Virus record (IMG/VR): IMGVR_UViG_3300042561_001378
Coordinates: 14,144 to 78,143 of that record
DNA length: 64,000 nucleotides
Source: a virus
Reading direction: 5' to 3' (one strand)
Shown piece after piece: positions 18,735-28,902 of the stretch. The notes below the pieces were generated by a model, which saw only the letters and a program-made list of their open reading frames with translations, did no database searches and was not told the origin of the DNA. Made by a program: the position numbers and the translations under genes. Each line of letters begins with the position of its first letter. Within the stretch, counting starts at the first letter, position 1.

Positions 18735-19130
18735 CTATTCCTCTGGGCTAGTGTAAATTTCCTCAGCCTCGCTTTGCCCGTACTCGGCAACCAGGATAGG
18801 CAGCACCGCTTCATCCCATCCGTTAGCAGGACGGGCAATGCCGTGGCCTTCTGCGATCGCTTTCAGGGTACGCCAGTTACCATCCTCGGCTAGTCCCTGG
18901 AGTTCGGCTAGGCGGGCATCGATGGAGGGCCGGTCTACTTGCCCTTGGGTGGCTTCTTCGGCTTGCTCTTGGGCTTCATTTTGTATGGCATTGTTTTCAA
19001 TGGGTAAAGGGGTCAGTGCATGGGCGGCAGCATCTTCCCACGGTGCATCTACACCAGGGCGATAGTCTGATTGGTTAATGATCAGTCGATGGCCGCCGCG
19101 ATTGATTTCGATGGTGGGAAGAGTCGCCAT
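18735..19130 (-). CDS. hypothetical head-associated protein
   Basis: 131 aa, downstream of the capsid genes. Confidence 0.5.
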   Translation of the reverse strand: MATLPTIEINRGGHRLIINQSDYRPGVDAPWEDAAAHALTPLPIENNAIQNEAQEQAEEATQGQVDRPSIDARLAELQGLAEDGNWRTLKAIAEGHGIARPANGWDEAVLPILVAEYGQSEAEEIYTSPEE

Positions 19131-19132
19131 AA

Positions 19133-19531
19133 TTATGCCGCGTGAGTAATTGCGCCAGAAATCGCCAGTTGTCCGGATTGCATCACCAGCACCAGATGGC
19201 TAGTCAATGCCCCAGCTTCGGTGATGCTGATATCCGCCCTACCGCTGGAGTTGGTCACCAGGTAACCTGCCAGTTTGGTCACTGAGGCGATTAGCAAACC
19301 CCTGGAGTTAGCGATCGCCACGGCTCCACTAGCCGCTGTACCGATGGTTAATCCAGTGGCCGTCCCTGCAATGTACCAAGGCACCATTACTGATTTAGTC
19401 AGCGGGGTGCCTTCGCGGTCGAGGAGTTGGATTTCGGTGATGATTGCGTTAGTAGCTTCAGCGCCTACGGTGAACCGTGCCCCATAGGGTTGGGCCTCAA
19501 GCTCTGCCCAGTTTGTGATGATTTCAGCCAT
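19133..19531 (-). CDS. putative capsid decoration protein
   Basis: 132 aa, beta-rich, directly downstream of the major capsid gene. Confidence 0.45.
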   Translation of the reverse strand: MAEIITNWAELEAQPYGARFTVGAEATNAIITEIQLLDREGTPLTKSVMVPWYIAGTATGLTIGTAASGAVAIANSRGLLIASVTKLAGYLVTNSSGRADISITEAGALTSHLVLVMQSGQLAISGAITHAA

Positions 19532-19593
19532 GGTATTTCACCAGATAAAGAAAAGGATAGGGGCCATTGCTGACCCCATCAAACTAGGCAGGT

Positions 19594-20739
19594 TTAGCCT
19601 GCGATCCTACAGGCCAAGGCCGGACGAACGGCCTTAACCCCGTACAAACAATCAATCGAAAACACAGTGCGTTTCCATTCCCGTTGGATTTCAAACCGCA
19701 TTGCCAGTCCCGAGACATCATCCACCAAGGGCTGAATCAGTGAACCTGGAGTTTCCAAGTCCATCATTGGGCGGCTCGCAAACGCAAACGCTTCCCGATG
19801 AAAGGCCAGGTTCGTACTATGGGAGCCGACAAACGTTACCACAGCACCATCCGTCACGTTAGCAACTAGGGGAGGCTGAATGCCCACTGTGGTCTCGTTG
19901 GCGGTAGGCGCATCGGCAGTCACGCTGGTGACTACATACTGCTGGGTATTGCCTGCGACCGTGAACACATCGCCCACCACAGGCAGGGTAGCTAGGTCAG
20001 CGCCAGAGGCGTTGTCCAGCACCAGGGAGACGGCCCCGGCGGTAGCGTTGGCGTCGATCGCAGCCGTCGCGGGAGCCCCCAGGGTATGGGTCGGGACTTG
20101 CTGATCTTGATACCAGTCAAAGCCCAGGGCTCGGGTAATGGTGCCATCGCGCAGCGCTTCAGAATCGCCAGACTCATTGACCTTTTGCAACACCGAAAGG
20201 CCGAGGGCGTTGGCATAGCCAAATGGGTCTAGAACCATGCGCCGCTCGTCCATGGGGGCCAAGGCACTGTTGAGGACTCGGGCAGCTTGCTGGGCCTCTA
20301 GGGTGGAGGTACCGAAGGGGTTAACGCCAGCGGTGCCCACAACGTTGTAGACCTCTTTGTAGAGAGCAAAGATTTCAGAGTTGATCTTATTGGCCAGGGC
20401 CTTAACAGCTTTCTCAATGGCTCGGGGCCGGGTGCCTTCTTGCACCTCTTTGATTTCCTTGTCGGTCATCACAAAAGTAGCAGCCTGGAATTTGTTTAGG
20501 ACTAGCTGCTTTTTGGTGTTGGCTACATCAGAGATGATGTTGCTCGCTGGGGTAGCGCCAGGGGTGACATCAAACGCCGTCATATCGTTGAGGTCGTTAA
20601 TGTCAATGGTGCTGCCCTGGGCCGCTGCATCGGAGCTGTAGCTATTGTTGATTAGGTTGGGGAGCACACAAGTTTCTCGCAATACTGAAAGGATATTGGC
20701 GAGAATTTGAGGAGTGAGATTTGTAATATCGTTAGCCAT
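19594..20739 (-). CDS. major capsid protein (P22 coat protein-like)
   Basis: MANDIT...GSTIDI...NLAFHREAFAFASRPM...IDCLYGVKAVRPALACRI, characteristic of the P22 gp5 family. Confidence 0.9.
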   Translation of the reverse strand: MANDITNLTPQILANILSVLRETCVLPNLINNSYSSDAAAQGSTIDINDLNDMTAFDVTPGATPASNIISDVANTKKQLVLNKFQAATFVMTDKEIKEVQEGTRPRAIEKAVKALANKINSEIFALYKEVYNVVGTAGVNPFGTSTLEAQQAARVLNSALAPMDERRMVLDPFGYANALGLSVLQKVNESGDSEALRDGTITRALGFDWYQDQQVPTHTLGAPATAAIDANATAGAVSLVLDNASGADLATLPVVGDVFTVAGNTQQYVVTSVTADAPTANETTVGIQPPLVANVTDGAVVTFVGSHSTNLAFHREAFAFASRPMMDLETPGSLIQPLVDDVSGLAMRFEIQREWKRTVFSIDCLYGVKAVRPALACRIAG

Positions 20740-20927
20740 GATCGTTCCACATTGAATAGGGCAAAGAGGTTTGTAGCGTCTCTACCTGCATCGCAGTGGA
20801 TACCCATCGGGTGTCCGGCGCTGAAAAGGGGGCAATGGTCATCGACCATCACCCCCCAATAGTACCCAATTTTTCGCAGTTGTGCTAAGGGATTACCGCA
20901 AGAGTATCATGGGCGAACGTTGACGTG

Positions 20928-21794
20928 CTAGCGAATGTTGACGCGCTGCTTCCCGCTTGCGATCGCCTTGAGCTCTGCGGGGGACATGCTGCCCATATGG
21001 GTCAGGTCGTCCCGTGACATGATTATGTCACCGCCTCGGCCATTGCCTCCGACCACGCCAGCGCCCGAGGATTTATTGTAGGCGGCGACCATGGTCTGCA
21101 AGACAGATCCATACCGGCCTTGCTGGATTTGCCGAATAAAGTCTCGCAAGTCGGCCTTCTTCACCTCGCCTGGTGCGCTGGGATCATCGACAAACCCCAG
21201 GGGCTTTCCATCGGGGCCAGTGATCGACTTCACCTCAGACCGATAACTCACCACAGTTTCACCACGCATGATAGGAATATACTCAAACTCGACGTGGGAC
21301 GTGATAAAAGATTCAAACATACCGGACTCTGCCTCGTTGGCGGGTGAGAATCCAGCCTGCTGGCCGATGGCGGTAATAGTCTGCGATCGCGCTGTTTCCT
21401 GAAGGCTTTGGGTGAGTAGGTTGATCCGTTGGTCGTAGGCCTGTTTTAATTCAGCCTTTTCCCGCTCCGTCTGCAATCGCACTTCAGCTTCTTTCTTTTG
21501 CCGTTGCTCTTCCTCAACTTCTTGCCGCTCCAACTGAGCTAACTTTTGGCGCAATTCGGCAGGGTCAGCACCGCCCAAAAGTTCGTCAAATAAATCTGCC
21601 TTCTTAGCCTTACTCTTGAGATCTTGATTATCTGCCTTGATCCGTTCGAGGGCAGATTTCAGCGCAGCCACGTCGCTAGCTGGAATCATCCCAGACTCAT
21701 CAGGGATATCACGGATCCCTACAGAATCAGGGATCACTGTACTGGCATCGCCAGCCGCCGCCACGTCGGGGGCGTTTGTGAGGTCATCAGCCAT
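20928..21794 (-). CDS. capsid scaffolding protein
   Basis: Coiled-coil, upstream of the coat gene, with a SSGAG motif near the C-terminus. Confidence 0.7.
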   Translation of the reverse strand: MADDLTNAPDVAAAGDASTVIPDSVGIRDIPDESGMIPASDVAALKSALERIKADNQDLKSKAKKADLFDELLGGADPAELRQKLAQLERQEVEEEQRQKKEAEVRLQTEREKAELKQAYDQRINLLTQSLQETARSQTITAIGQQAGFSPANEAESGMFESFITSHVEFEYIPIMRGETVVSYRSEVKSITGPDGKPLGFVDDPSAPGEVKKADLRDFIRQIQQGRYGSVLQTMVAAYNKSSGAGVVGGNGRGGDIIMSRDDLTHMGSMSPAELKAIASGKQRVNIR

Positions 21795-21862
21795 TTGTAA
21801 TACTCGTAATCGGTACGACTACAAGTTTAGCTCAAACCCAAAAACTAATTCCCCCAAAGTTC

Positions 21863-21892
21863 TTGACAGTCACGAAAGGTGTTTGGTAGTAT
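21863..21892 (+). promoter_or_regulatory. conserved moron promoter, copy 2
   Basis: TTGACA-gtcacgaaaggtgtttgg-TAGTAT. Confidence 0.8.
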
Positions 21893-21922
21893 GGATGCAT
21901 ACACCGCAAAGGACACCAATCC

Positions 21923-22072
21923 ATGACCGACATTCGCAGCACCTTCTACTCTGCTACCGGCCTCGTCAACACCCAGGAATGGGACGCCGCTGGCCCCGAG
22001 GACACCATCACAGTGCACGAGGGTAAACGCCGCGACACCTACCAAAAGAAATTCTGGAGTGTCGCCTACTAG
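21923..22072 (+). CDS. 49-aa moron protein (MTDIRSTFYSATGLVNTQEWDAAGPEDTITVHEGKRRDTYQKKFWSVAY)
   Basis: Has its own promoter, AAGGA RBS and terminator; not in the ORF track. Confidence 0.7.
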   Translation: MTDIRSTFYSATGLVNTQEWDAAGPEDTITVHEGKRRDTYQKKFWSVAY

Positions 22073-22079
22073 CCCACCG

Positions 22080-22104
22080 CCCCTCACCCGAGGGGTTTTT
22101 TTTG
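22080..22104 (+). terminator. intrinsic terminator
   Basis: cccctc-accc-gagggg followed by a T run. Confidence 0.8.
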
Positions 22105-22105
22105 A

Positions 22106-23350
22106 CTACTTCTCGACCCATGCCCGGATTGTTCTAAAGCCCAATTCGTAGAAAGCCACCAGCCTGTGACGGCCATCTGTGATGTCATAGCCAGGGGGTA
22201 TGTTGAACTCGTTCCCCGGCTCCGCAAACGATAGCCTAGGCGCTGTGAACGGTTCGCCAGATTCAGACGATCGCAGAATGTCCGTTTTTAGCCGGTCAAT
22301 CCTGGCCCGTTCGTTGGGGTTGCTCAGGTCAATCGGTAGGCCATTGCGCCGCCAATCTTCGTAGATAGTTCCTACCTCAACCGTTCGCAGTCGTTCATTA
22401 GATGGCATCGACGTTGGCTTAGCCCATTTGAGCGCGGCTGCGGTACGTTCTGATGGGGGCGTCTGCTGCTCAGGCCCAGTCTGTAGTGTTGCGGTAGGTT
22501 GTGCCTGTGGCGGCGCTGTAGCTGGCATCGGTAGGCGATCGCTCAAAGTAGCCATGCGATACTCAACCCGACAACGGCAACGGCCCCTACACCGGCAGGC
22601 CACACCCACCGGGGTAACCTCAGCAGCCGGTATCCAATCAGGACGGGCAAGGCCTGGGCAATCAGGGCAGTGGTCGGCGGCAGGGTCAAGCATCCGCCGC
22701 GCCATCCACCGACCATCGAGGTGGCTTTGGTGCTGGGCATCAAAAAAACTAACCCCAGCGCTGTAGCCATACCGCCCCGCCCGGTATCGTGCCATTTTCT
22801 CCGAGACTTCGCCGTCGGCAATACCCTGGGCCAGATTAGCTAGTCCATCAAGGTCAGCCACTATCTGCTGTCGCAATCGTTCTAGGTGTTCTGGAGTGAG
22901 CTGCCCCGCTGTACCGGCCCCAGCCTGGGCCATCCTAAAATGCGATCGCACAATATCCCGGCCCATGGCCCGTTGCCATTGCTCCAGGCTCACGTCTCCG
23001 GCCACCATGCGATCGGTGAGGCGTTGCATCCGGGCTTGGTTCTGGGCCTGCTCAGCCAGTACCCGGCGTTGAAGGTCGGTGGTCCTCAGCGGCGATCGCC
23101 CTTGGTAGTATCGCCCATCCCGCGCACTGTAGGCCAAGCCCCTAGGCGCAATATTGGCCAGCAGGGCCAGCAACAGGGTGGCTACCAATAGCTCCTCGAG
23201 GGCGTTGCTAGATTCCCGGTTAGCATCATCGATGAGGGTCTGTAGCTCTGCCGTATCGTAGGGCGGCTCAAGGGCGTCTGTTCCTACCAGGGCCTCAAGT
23301 TCAGCTAGGGGGTAGGCAGTGCCGTTGATGGTGAGGGTTTCTACGGCCAT
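22106..23350 (-). CDS. minor head (MuF-like) protein with a C-terminal ParB/Srx-like domain
   Basis: HCPDC...CRGRCRCRVEY MuF-type Cys cluster; C-terminal DITDGRHRLVAFYELG. Confidence 0.6.
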   Translation of the reverse strand: MAVETLTINGTAYPLAELEALVGTDALEPPYDTAELQTLIDDANRESSNALEELLVATLLLALLANIAPRGLAYSARDGRYYQGRSPLRTTDLQRRVLAEQAQNQARMQRLTDRMVAGDVSLEQWQRAMGRDIVRSHFRMAQAGAGTAGQLTPEHLERLRQQIVADLDGLANLAQGIADGEVSEKMARYRAGRYGYSAGVSFFDAQHQSHLDGRWMARRMLDPAADHCPDCPGLARPDWIPAAEVTPVGVACRCRGRCRCRVEYRMATLSDRLPMPATAPPQAQPTATLQTGPEQQTPPSERTAAALKWAKPTSMPSNERLRTVEVGTIYEDWRRNGLPIDLSNPNERARIDRLKTDILRSSESGEPFTAPRLSFAEPGNEFNIPPGYDITDGRHRLVAFYELGFRTIRAWVEK

Positions 23351-23766
23351 CAGAACAAAATATTCCCGCCCTCGGTCACCGCCCCCAGTACATCCTGCGG
23401 GTCGATCAAGTCTTTCAGCTTGGCCTTAAGCGCTGCCAGCTTGTTGGTGTAGGCGGTACTCTCTTGCACTCCAGAGGGCGATCGAGTAATAGACAACTCC
23501 CCAGGGATTGACACACTGGAGATCCCATCGTTAGCCGTCAACCCCAGGTCTAAATCTTCATCGGGGTCGCCGTACAGGGCCACCTGTAGCGCCTCAATCC
23601 GTTCCAGCAACCGCTGCACCTGGGCCACCACAGCATCACCATACTGTGCGTCAAAAACCTCGACATCGCGCAGCAACGTTTGGAGCCGGGATGACTCAGT
23701 GCGCTGGTGTCGCTCCAGGTTCAAGGCTTCGGCGATGGCGCGGCGGTTCGCGGCGGTGAATGGCAT
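23350..23766 (-). CDS. putative head-tail adaptor
   Basis: 138 aa, downstream of the portal. Confidence 0.4.
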   Translation of the reverse strand: MPFTAANRRAIAEALNLERHQRTESSRLQTLLRDVEVFDAQYGDAVVAQVQRLLERIEALQVALYGDPDEDLDLGLTANDGISSVSIPGELSITRSPSGVQESTAYTNKLAALKAKLKDLIDPQDVLGAVTEGGNILF

Positions 23767-25292
23767 TACTGCACCCCCACGGTAGGTTGACCAGGTGTAG
23801 CCGCAGATAGACCCAGTGTACCACCAACCAACGGCTCACCCTGGCCTGCCACTGCTTCCATTTCTTCAGTATAAACGCCCAATTCTTTGCGTTTCACGTC
23901 GTATTCAGCTTTGTTCAAGGCTCCGGCCAAGAACTCACTCTGCCAGAACATCAACTCTTGGGCCGTCGGCGGGGTTGAGAGCACTGATTCAGATATGGTG
24001 ATGCCACCCACAGGATTTTCAGGGCTCCAGTCAGGGTTACTAAATCGTTCCCACAGGTCAAAAACTGACTGCACTGCTGATTCCTTACGGCGGGCGATAT
24101 TGCGTAGACCCAACCGGGATTGGATAGTTTCGATCTCAGCCTCCGTCGCAGTTCTGGCGATCGTGCCATTGCTCAAAAAAGCCTGGGCCATATCATCCAT
24201 CGCCGCTAACCGATCCCGTTGCCCTTCCCGAGTGGAGGCGATCGCAGTCCCAGCGGGCTCCAGTAGGTTGAGCGATGCCCCACCCGCTAACGTAATCACC
24301 CGACCACTCCCGGCTAGGTCTGGCTCCTTCTCCGGGGCCGCGCCAGGGTACGATTTCACTAGCATGGCGTAGTTGCAACGGTCTTCAGCCGTGTTGAGGC
24401 TGCTGTGCTTGTTAAAAAACTCTAGGTTGAAATCAACCAGGGGCATGTACTCAGGAGTCCCGCCCCGGTCATTGTCATTGTCCACGCCAGCAAATAACAG
24501 CGGATCCCCATAGGGCGAATACCATACCAGGGGCACTCGGGGCAGGGGACGGCCAGAAGCGTCGAAGATGGGGCTAGGAGGCTTAGTCTGCATCAACTCA
24601 CTGCCCAGCCCCTTTGCAGCCCTGGGAACATCTTCCCATTCTTCATACAGGCATTGGTAGCGCTGTTCAGCCCCACCGGGTAGCCGGATAGGGGTGCCTA
24701 GCTGCTCCAGCGAAAAGACCCAGTACCGATTCCGCACGGTGTACCCAAACCGGCCCTCTGGCACCGACACAGACCGCCGGATACTGATGAGCGATATCTC
24801 TAGGTGGCCATCAACCAGCATAGTCTGAGGGGCACACACATCCCGCAGGTTGATCGGGATAAACCGGGGGCGTCGTGCCTGGCGTTGCTCGTCGCGGCTC
24901 TCCGCTGGGGGAGTATCGACCAGGCCCAGAACGCCGTTGTAAAGCAAGGCCTCAATGTCCCAATCCAACAACACCGACTCCAGACTATTCCCCTGGCCGT
25001 CGAAGTCGTCTCGGGCATCTAGCACCGCCTGGGGTACATCGTCGTCGAGGACAAATTCACTGAGCAAACCAGAGTGGGCCTTGACGGCGGGGCTCAGTTT
25101 ATTGGCAAAGGCCACTGATTCAATCCGGGCCTCATAAACCTTGTCGTGCTCGCCCAACTGCTGCCGTAGGTAACGACGCTTCAGCTCGTCAGTGTGAAGA
25201 CCATGGTAAACGTCCCCCAGTCGGAGCCATAGGGGGCTCAAATATGTTTGCCAATACGAGGGCCGCCAGTCTGGTTGGTCTGTTTTTGCCAT
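23766..25292 (-). CDS. portal protein (DUF4055-like)
   Basis: 508 aa after TerL; YL.Q..GE...YEARI and RTATEAEI motifs. Confidence 0.8.
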   Translation of the reverse strand: MAKTDQPDWRPSYWQTYLSPLWLRLGDVYHGLHTDELKRRYLRQQLGEHDKVYEARIESVAFANKLSPAVKAHSGLLSEFVLDDDVPQAVLDARDDFDGQGNSLESVLLDWDIEALLYNGVLGLVDTPPAESRDEQRQARRPRFIPINLRDVCAPQTMLVDGHLEISLISIRRSVSVPEGRFGYTVRNRYWVFSLEQLGTPIRLPGGAEQRYQCLYEEWEDVPRAAKGLGSELMQTKPPSPIFDASGRPLPRVPLVWYSPYGDPLLFAGVDNDNDRGGTPEYMPLVDFNLEFFNKHSSLNTAEDRCNYAMLVKSYPGAAPEKEPDLAGSGRVITLAGGASLNLLEPAGTAIASTREGQRDRLAAMDDMAQAFLSNGTIARTATEAEIETIQSRLGLRNIARRKESAVQSVFDLWERFSNPDWSPENPVGGITISESVLSTPPTAQELMFWQSEFLAGALNKAEYDVKRKELGVYTEEMEAVAGQGEPLVGGTLGLSAATPGQPTVGVQ

Positions 25293-25309
25293 GGCCGTAT
25301 TCTAGCCCA

Positions 25310-26767
25310 TCACCACATCGCGGAAGCACCGAGAGAGATCCGGCCCTCAACGATAGAATCCATCACTGCAAATGCCATCGCCATCGCCATCACTCGGTCA
25401 TCATGGCCTGTTTCTGCCTTCCGTTCTCGCAATGAGAATGCCTTCATCTCCCGAATCCCTTCCCAGTCTTTCGGGTAGATGGCCTCGCCCCGTTCCACAG
25501 CGATCGCAATGCGGTCAGTGTTAGTCACCTTAGAGACTGGGCTAGTGTTGATGTTCTCAAACCGGGTCAAGGGTCGCTGTTTACTCAGGTTCTCCAGCAC
25601 TACCTTTCCGCCGCTGTTGCCCTCCACCGCTACCAGCAAGGGTTTGTAGCGATCGCAGTAGTCCATGGTAGCAGTCATGCTCAACTCCACCGACCGCTGG
25701 CCCTCGGCGTACTCTGCCACCAGACTAGGTACTCCATGGGTAATGTCCCAGACCTGCGCCACAAACCTATCATCGCCGCCGAAGTTAGGGTCTACGCCCA
25801 TCACATACCGGTGCCCTGACACTGGCCCCGCCCAGGCTCCCATGGCCTGCGCGTCAACCGCCGCCGTGTTGAACAATTTCCCGCCAGTGCTGTCGTCAAA
25901 GGATATGTTAAATTCTCGTTGGGTCTGGGCTTCGGTGATCCGCTGTTTCTCCCGAACCTCAATCAAGTAGTTGTCATTTTTCCCATGCAGCGGGTGAGCA
26001 CGCCAATGGATGATCGCCTTACCCCAGCCCTGTTCATCAACCCATTCTTGGTAGGGCTCAATCAGTTCTTCCCGCATCTGGCGGCAAATATCTAGGGCAT
26101 CCACGTCCCCGTTATTTTCAGTAAATGTCTCATAGTAAAGCCCTGTTTTGGCGTTAGGGGTGCTCAGCAAAATAGTGTGAGCCTGGCCTTGTTGCTCCGG
26201 CACCGACTGCGCCGGAGTGCTAGCCCCAAACAGCTCCTCAAACCCCGACACAAAGGCGCACTCGTCAAATAAAATATCCCAGATTGATTCCAGGCCCCGC
26301 CCACTGTTCTGGCTAGCGGTGCGAAACACAATCCGCCCCCCGCCCTCCACGGCGATGTCCTTCACGTTGTTGCTAGATAGCGGGATTCCAGCACTCGCTG
26401 CCATCAACCGTACCCGTCGGGCAATGTTGGCCGTATCGTCCTGGCCCTTACTGAATACCGCTGCAAAGTAGGTCGGGTACATGCAGGCTTTATGCAAAAA
26501 CTTACTGGCGACCATCTCAGTCAAACCATGCTGTCTCGGCTTGACGATGACCACACCCCGGCATCGGTCTATCAGGTCACTAATGCTCGCCTGGAATGAG
26601 TACGGGTCAAACGGCACCATCCTTGTTCCCGACCGAATACGGGTCAGTCGGGCAAAGCTGGGCCAGTCTTTTGGGATGTGGGCCAGGTGGGAGGGCACAG
26701 TTTGCAGCGATCGCCGTCGTCGCAGTTCAAGCTCAGCCCTTGCCCTGGTCGCTAAATCAGCCACCAT
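25310..26767 (-). CDS. terL: terminase large subunit
   Basis: KPRQHGLT Walker A, ILFDECAF Walker B, LSTPN, GVDPNFGGDD nuclease motif, HDDRVMA. Confidence 0.92.
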   Translation of the reverse strand: MVADLATRARAELELRRRRSLQTVPSHLAHIPKDWPSFARLTRIRSGTRMVPFDPYSFQASISDLIDRCRGVVIVKPRQHGLTEMVASKFLHKACMYPTYFAAVFSKGQDDTANIARRVRLMAASAGIPLSSNNVKDIAVEGGGRIVFRTASQNSGRGLESIWDILFDECAFVSGFEELFGASTPAQSVPEQQGQAHTILLSTPNAKTGLYYETFTENNGDVDALDICRQMREELIEPYQEWVDEQGWGKAIIHWRAHPLHGKNDNYLIEVREKQRITEAQTQREFNISFDDSTGGKLFNTAAVDAQAMGAWAGPVSGHRYVMGVDPNFGGDDRFVAQVWDITHGVPSLVAEYAEGQRSVELSMTATMDYCDRYKPLLVAVEGNSGGKVVLENLSKQRPLTRFENINTSPVSKVTNTDRIAIAVERGEAIYPKDWEGIREMKAFSLRERKAETGHDDRVMAMAMAFAVMDSIVEGRISLGASAMW

Positions 26768-27254
26768 TGGCTAACTTCTCCAGTGCAGCGTCTGGCAGGT
26801 TGCTGATGTCGATAACTTCCTGTCGTTCGGTGGCCAGGCCCTCGGTCATGCGTTCAATATCGATCGCAACCTTGGCCAGGCTCAGAACGTCCCCTGGCTT
26901 AAGCCCTGTTGGGGTATCAGCTTCCTGCTTCTTCCGTATCAACACCAGCTCCCGTTGGGCGATCGCGCCCATCAACTTAGCGAGGCCAGCATGGCGGGTG
27001 AGCATCTCGGCAGCGTCGATGATTTTCTGGGCCTGAGCAACGGTAGCCTGAACGTTAGGTACAGTCCCTGCCAGTGTACCTAGATTCTCTCTGTAGCGCT
27101 TCCGCTGATCTGGCCAATCCTCTTGACTGGCACGGTTTCTAAGGCTTGAGTACGCAGGTGCTCCGGTGTACTTTGACAGCCGTTTATAGTCCAGGTCATC
27201 AGGCCCCTGAACAAACTGATCGCGCCAAATCTTCCAGTTAACTTTTGCTGCCAT
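26757..27254 (-). CDS. terminase small subunit (putative)
   Basis: Overlaps the terL start; N-terminal HTH-like region (LRNRASQEDW). Confidence 0.65.
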   Translation of the reverse strand: MAAKVNWKIWRDQFVQGPDDLDYKRLSKYTGAPAYSSLRNRASQEDWPDQRKRYRENLGTLAGTVPNVQATVAQAQKIIDAAEMLTRHAGLAKLMGAIAQRELVLIRKKQEADTPTGLKPGDVLSLAKVAIDIERMTEGLATERQEVIDISNLPDAALEKLANGG

Positions 27255-27487
27255 CGCTCAATAATAACAACCCTCCACCCGGTAGCGTATCGTGGGGGAT
27301 ACCTAATCCGCCATAGAAACACGAAACCCCCGGCACTATTGCAGCCGGGGGTCGGTGCCTGAGCTCGCGTCACTGGCCGGAGGACTGTGTGGTTGGTGGA
27401 GCGGGGCAGCCTCGCCGCTTGTGTTCTTATTATGGCATTCCTGGCCCACCAATAGGTAAAGCCAGGATAAAGTTTCTGTAAAGATAA

Positions 27488-27670
27488 TTAGCTCCTGAAC
27501 CGGTCAATGTTTCGGAACGATCGGCCTGTAGCTGGGTCGATTCTACGCGCTGCCGCCGTTTGTGCCCTACGGCCCGCCGCTGTTGATGTGATAGTTTCTC
27601 TGGCACTACCGCCACCGCTGCCTCTTCTCCCGCCGCCGCTTCTACCGCCGCCTCCGCCGCCTCCAGCCAT
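27488..27670 (-). CDS. small Gly/Arg-rich peptide
   Basis: MAGGGGGGGRSGGGRRGSGGGS..., starting just after the radical SAM stop codon. Confidence 0.55.
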   Translation of the reverse strand: MAGGGGGGGRSGGGRRGSGGGSARETITSTAAGRRAQTAAARRIDPATGRSFRNIDRFRS

Positions 27671-27672
27671 GA

Positions 27673-28902
27673 TCATAAGTCCTTTACGATTTTGTTCCAT
27701 TCTAAGCTAGGGTTCCCATTCCAGACCAGCACCGGATACCCATTCTCGTCTACCCAGTCCTCACCCTCTGGCGTTACCGCATACTGTAGTCCAAGGTTGC
27801 GACCGGGGCTAAACTTTATCCGTGAATCTTGCCATGCCATTCTCAGGATATCGGCGTAGGTTTTCTTATGATCCCACTTCTCCCCGTCCTCATTAGCGAT
27901 CGTCATGCATAGGTTGTAGTTCGTGCTGCAAATATAGTGCCCAGTTTGGTGCGCGCCGGCTGGCATACTAGGCGATAGCCAGTCTACAAAGTCGTCAACG
28001 GTCAGGATAGCCCCAGGCTCAAGGTAGTCGCAACAGGCATTAACAAAATCCTGCATGGTGGGAAATGTTTTTTCGTAGCATTCATGAAATGGAGCAAAAA
28101 AGTCTGAGCGTCGGCATTGATTCATCACGAACGGGTTAAGGCCACGCTCGCAGGCTTCGTCAGCTACCCAGTTCACGTAATCTACATCGGTCGGGTCTGC
28201 CTTTTTGCCAGAGGCCCGCTTGATGAGTTTGGGGTCTAGGGCTTCTATTTCCTTGGGCTTTAGCTTGCGGGTTTGGTTGCTGTTGAGGTGTAGTTCTTGC
28301 AGCCAAACACCATGCACGCCAGCGGCCTTAAGCCGGTCTAGCTGGGCCTCCTCATCCTTGCACCATTCAGGAACGCATGGGTTCCAACCCACCACCACCT
28401 GATGGCCCTTGCTGCGGAGTAGGGCGATTAGTTCAAGCCGCTCAGTGATGCTGGGAGCCCCAGGGGCGATCTTTTTCACCAATTCGTCTTGATCGCTCTC
28501 GATGGTGATGTAGAAAACGGTGGGGGTTTTCAGTAAGTCAAGGGCTTTATCAATGCCCCGCCCGCCCTTAGTCTGGATAGCCACGGGTACCCCTAGCTCA
28601 CACATCACCTCGAGTACTGGCAAGAATTGGCGATAGTTGCTGACAGCGAAGGGGTCTACCCGATTGCTCACTAACACGGGGTAACCCTGTTGCAGCAACG
28701 TGGCGGTTAAGGTAGATCGCTCCCGGTACGTGGCCAGCATATTCATGGTGGCGGGGATGTCTGCGCGGCGATTGCGCTTGTTGAGGTTTGCGAAACAGTA
28801 GGCACAGGCGGCGGAGCAATAGTTAAAACTCAGCTCTAAAGGGATTGGTGAGACTAGAAACTCACCATAGAAGGGGGTGAATGTATCGCCAGTTTGGGCC
28901 AT
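27673..28902 (-). CDS. radical SAM protein (spore photoproduct lyase-like fold)
   Basis: CSAACAYC (CxxxCxxC), SNRVDPF, IQTKG. Confidence 0.85.
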   Translation of the reverse strand: MAQTGDTFTPFYGEFLVSPIPLELSFNYCSAACAYCFANLNKRNRRADIPATMNMLATYRERSTLTATLLQQGYPVLVSNRVDPFAVSNYRQFLPVLEVMCELGVPVAIQTKGGRGIDKALDLLKTPTVFYITIESDQDELVKKIAPGAPSITERLELIALLRSKGHQVVVGWNPCVPEWCKDEEAQLDRLKAAGVHGVWLQELHLNSNQTRKLKPKEIEALDPKLIKRASGKKADPTDVDYVNWVADEACERGLNPFVMNQCRRSDFFAPFHECYEKTFPTMQDFVNACCDYLEPGAILTVDDFVDWLSPSMPAGAHQTGHYICSTNYNLCMTIANEDGEKWDHKKTYADILRMAWQDSRIKFSPGRNLGLQYAVTPEGEDWVDENGYPVLVWNGNPSLEWNKIVKDL

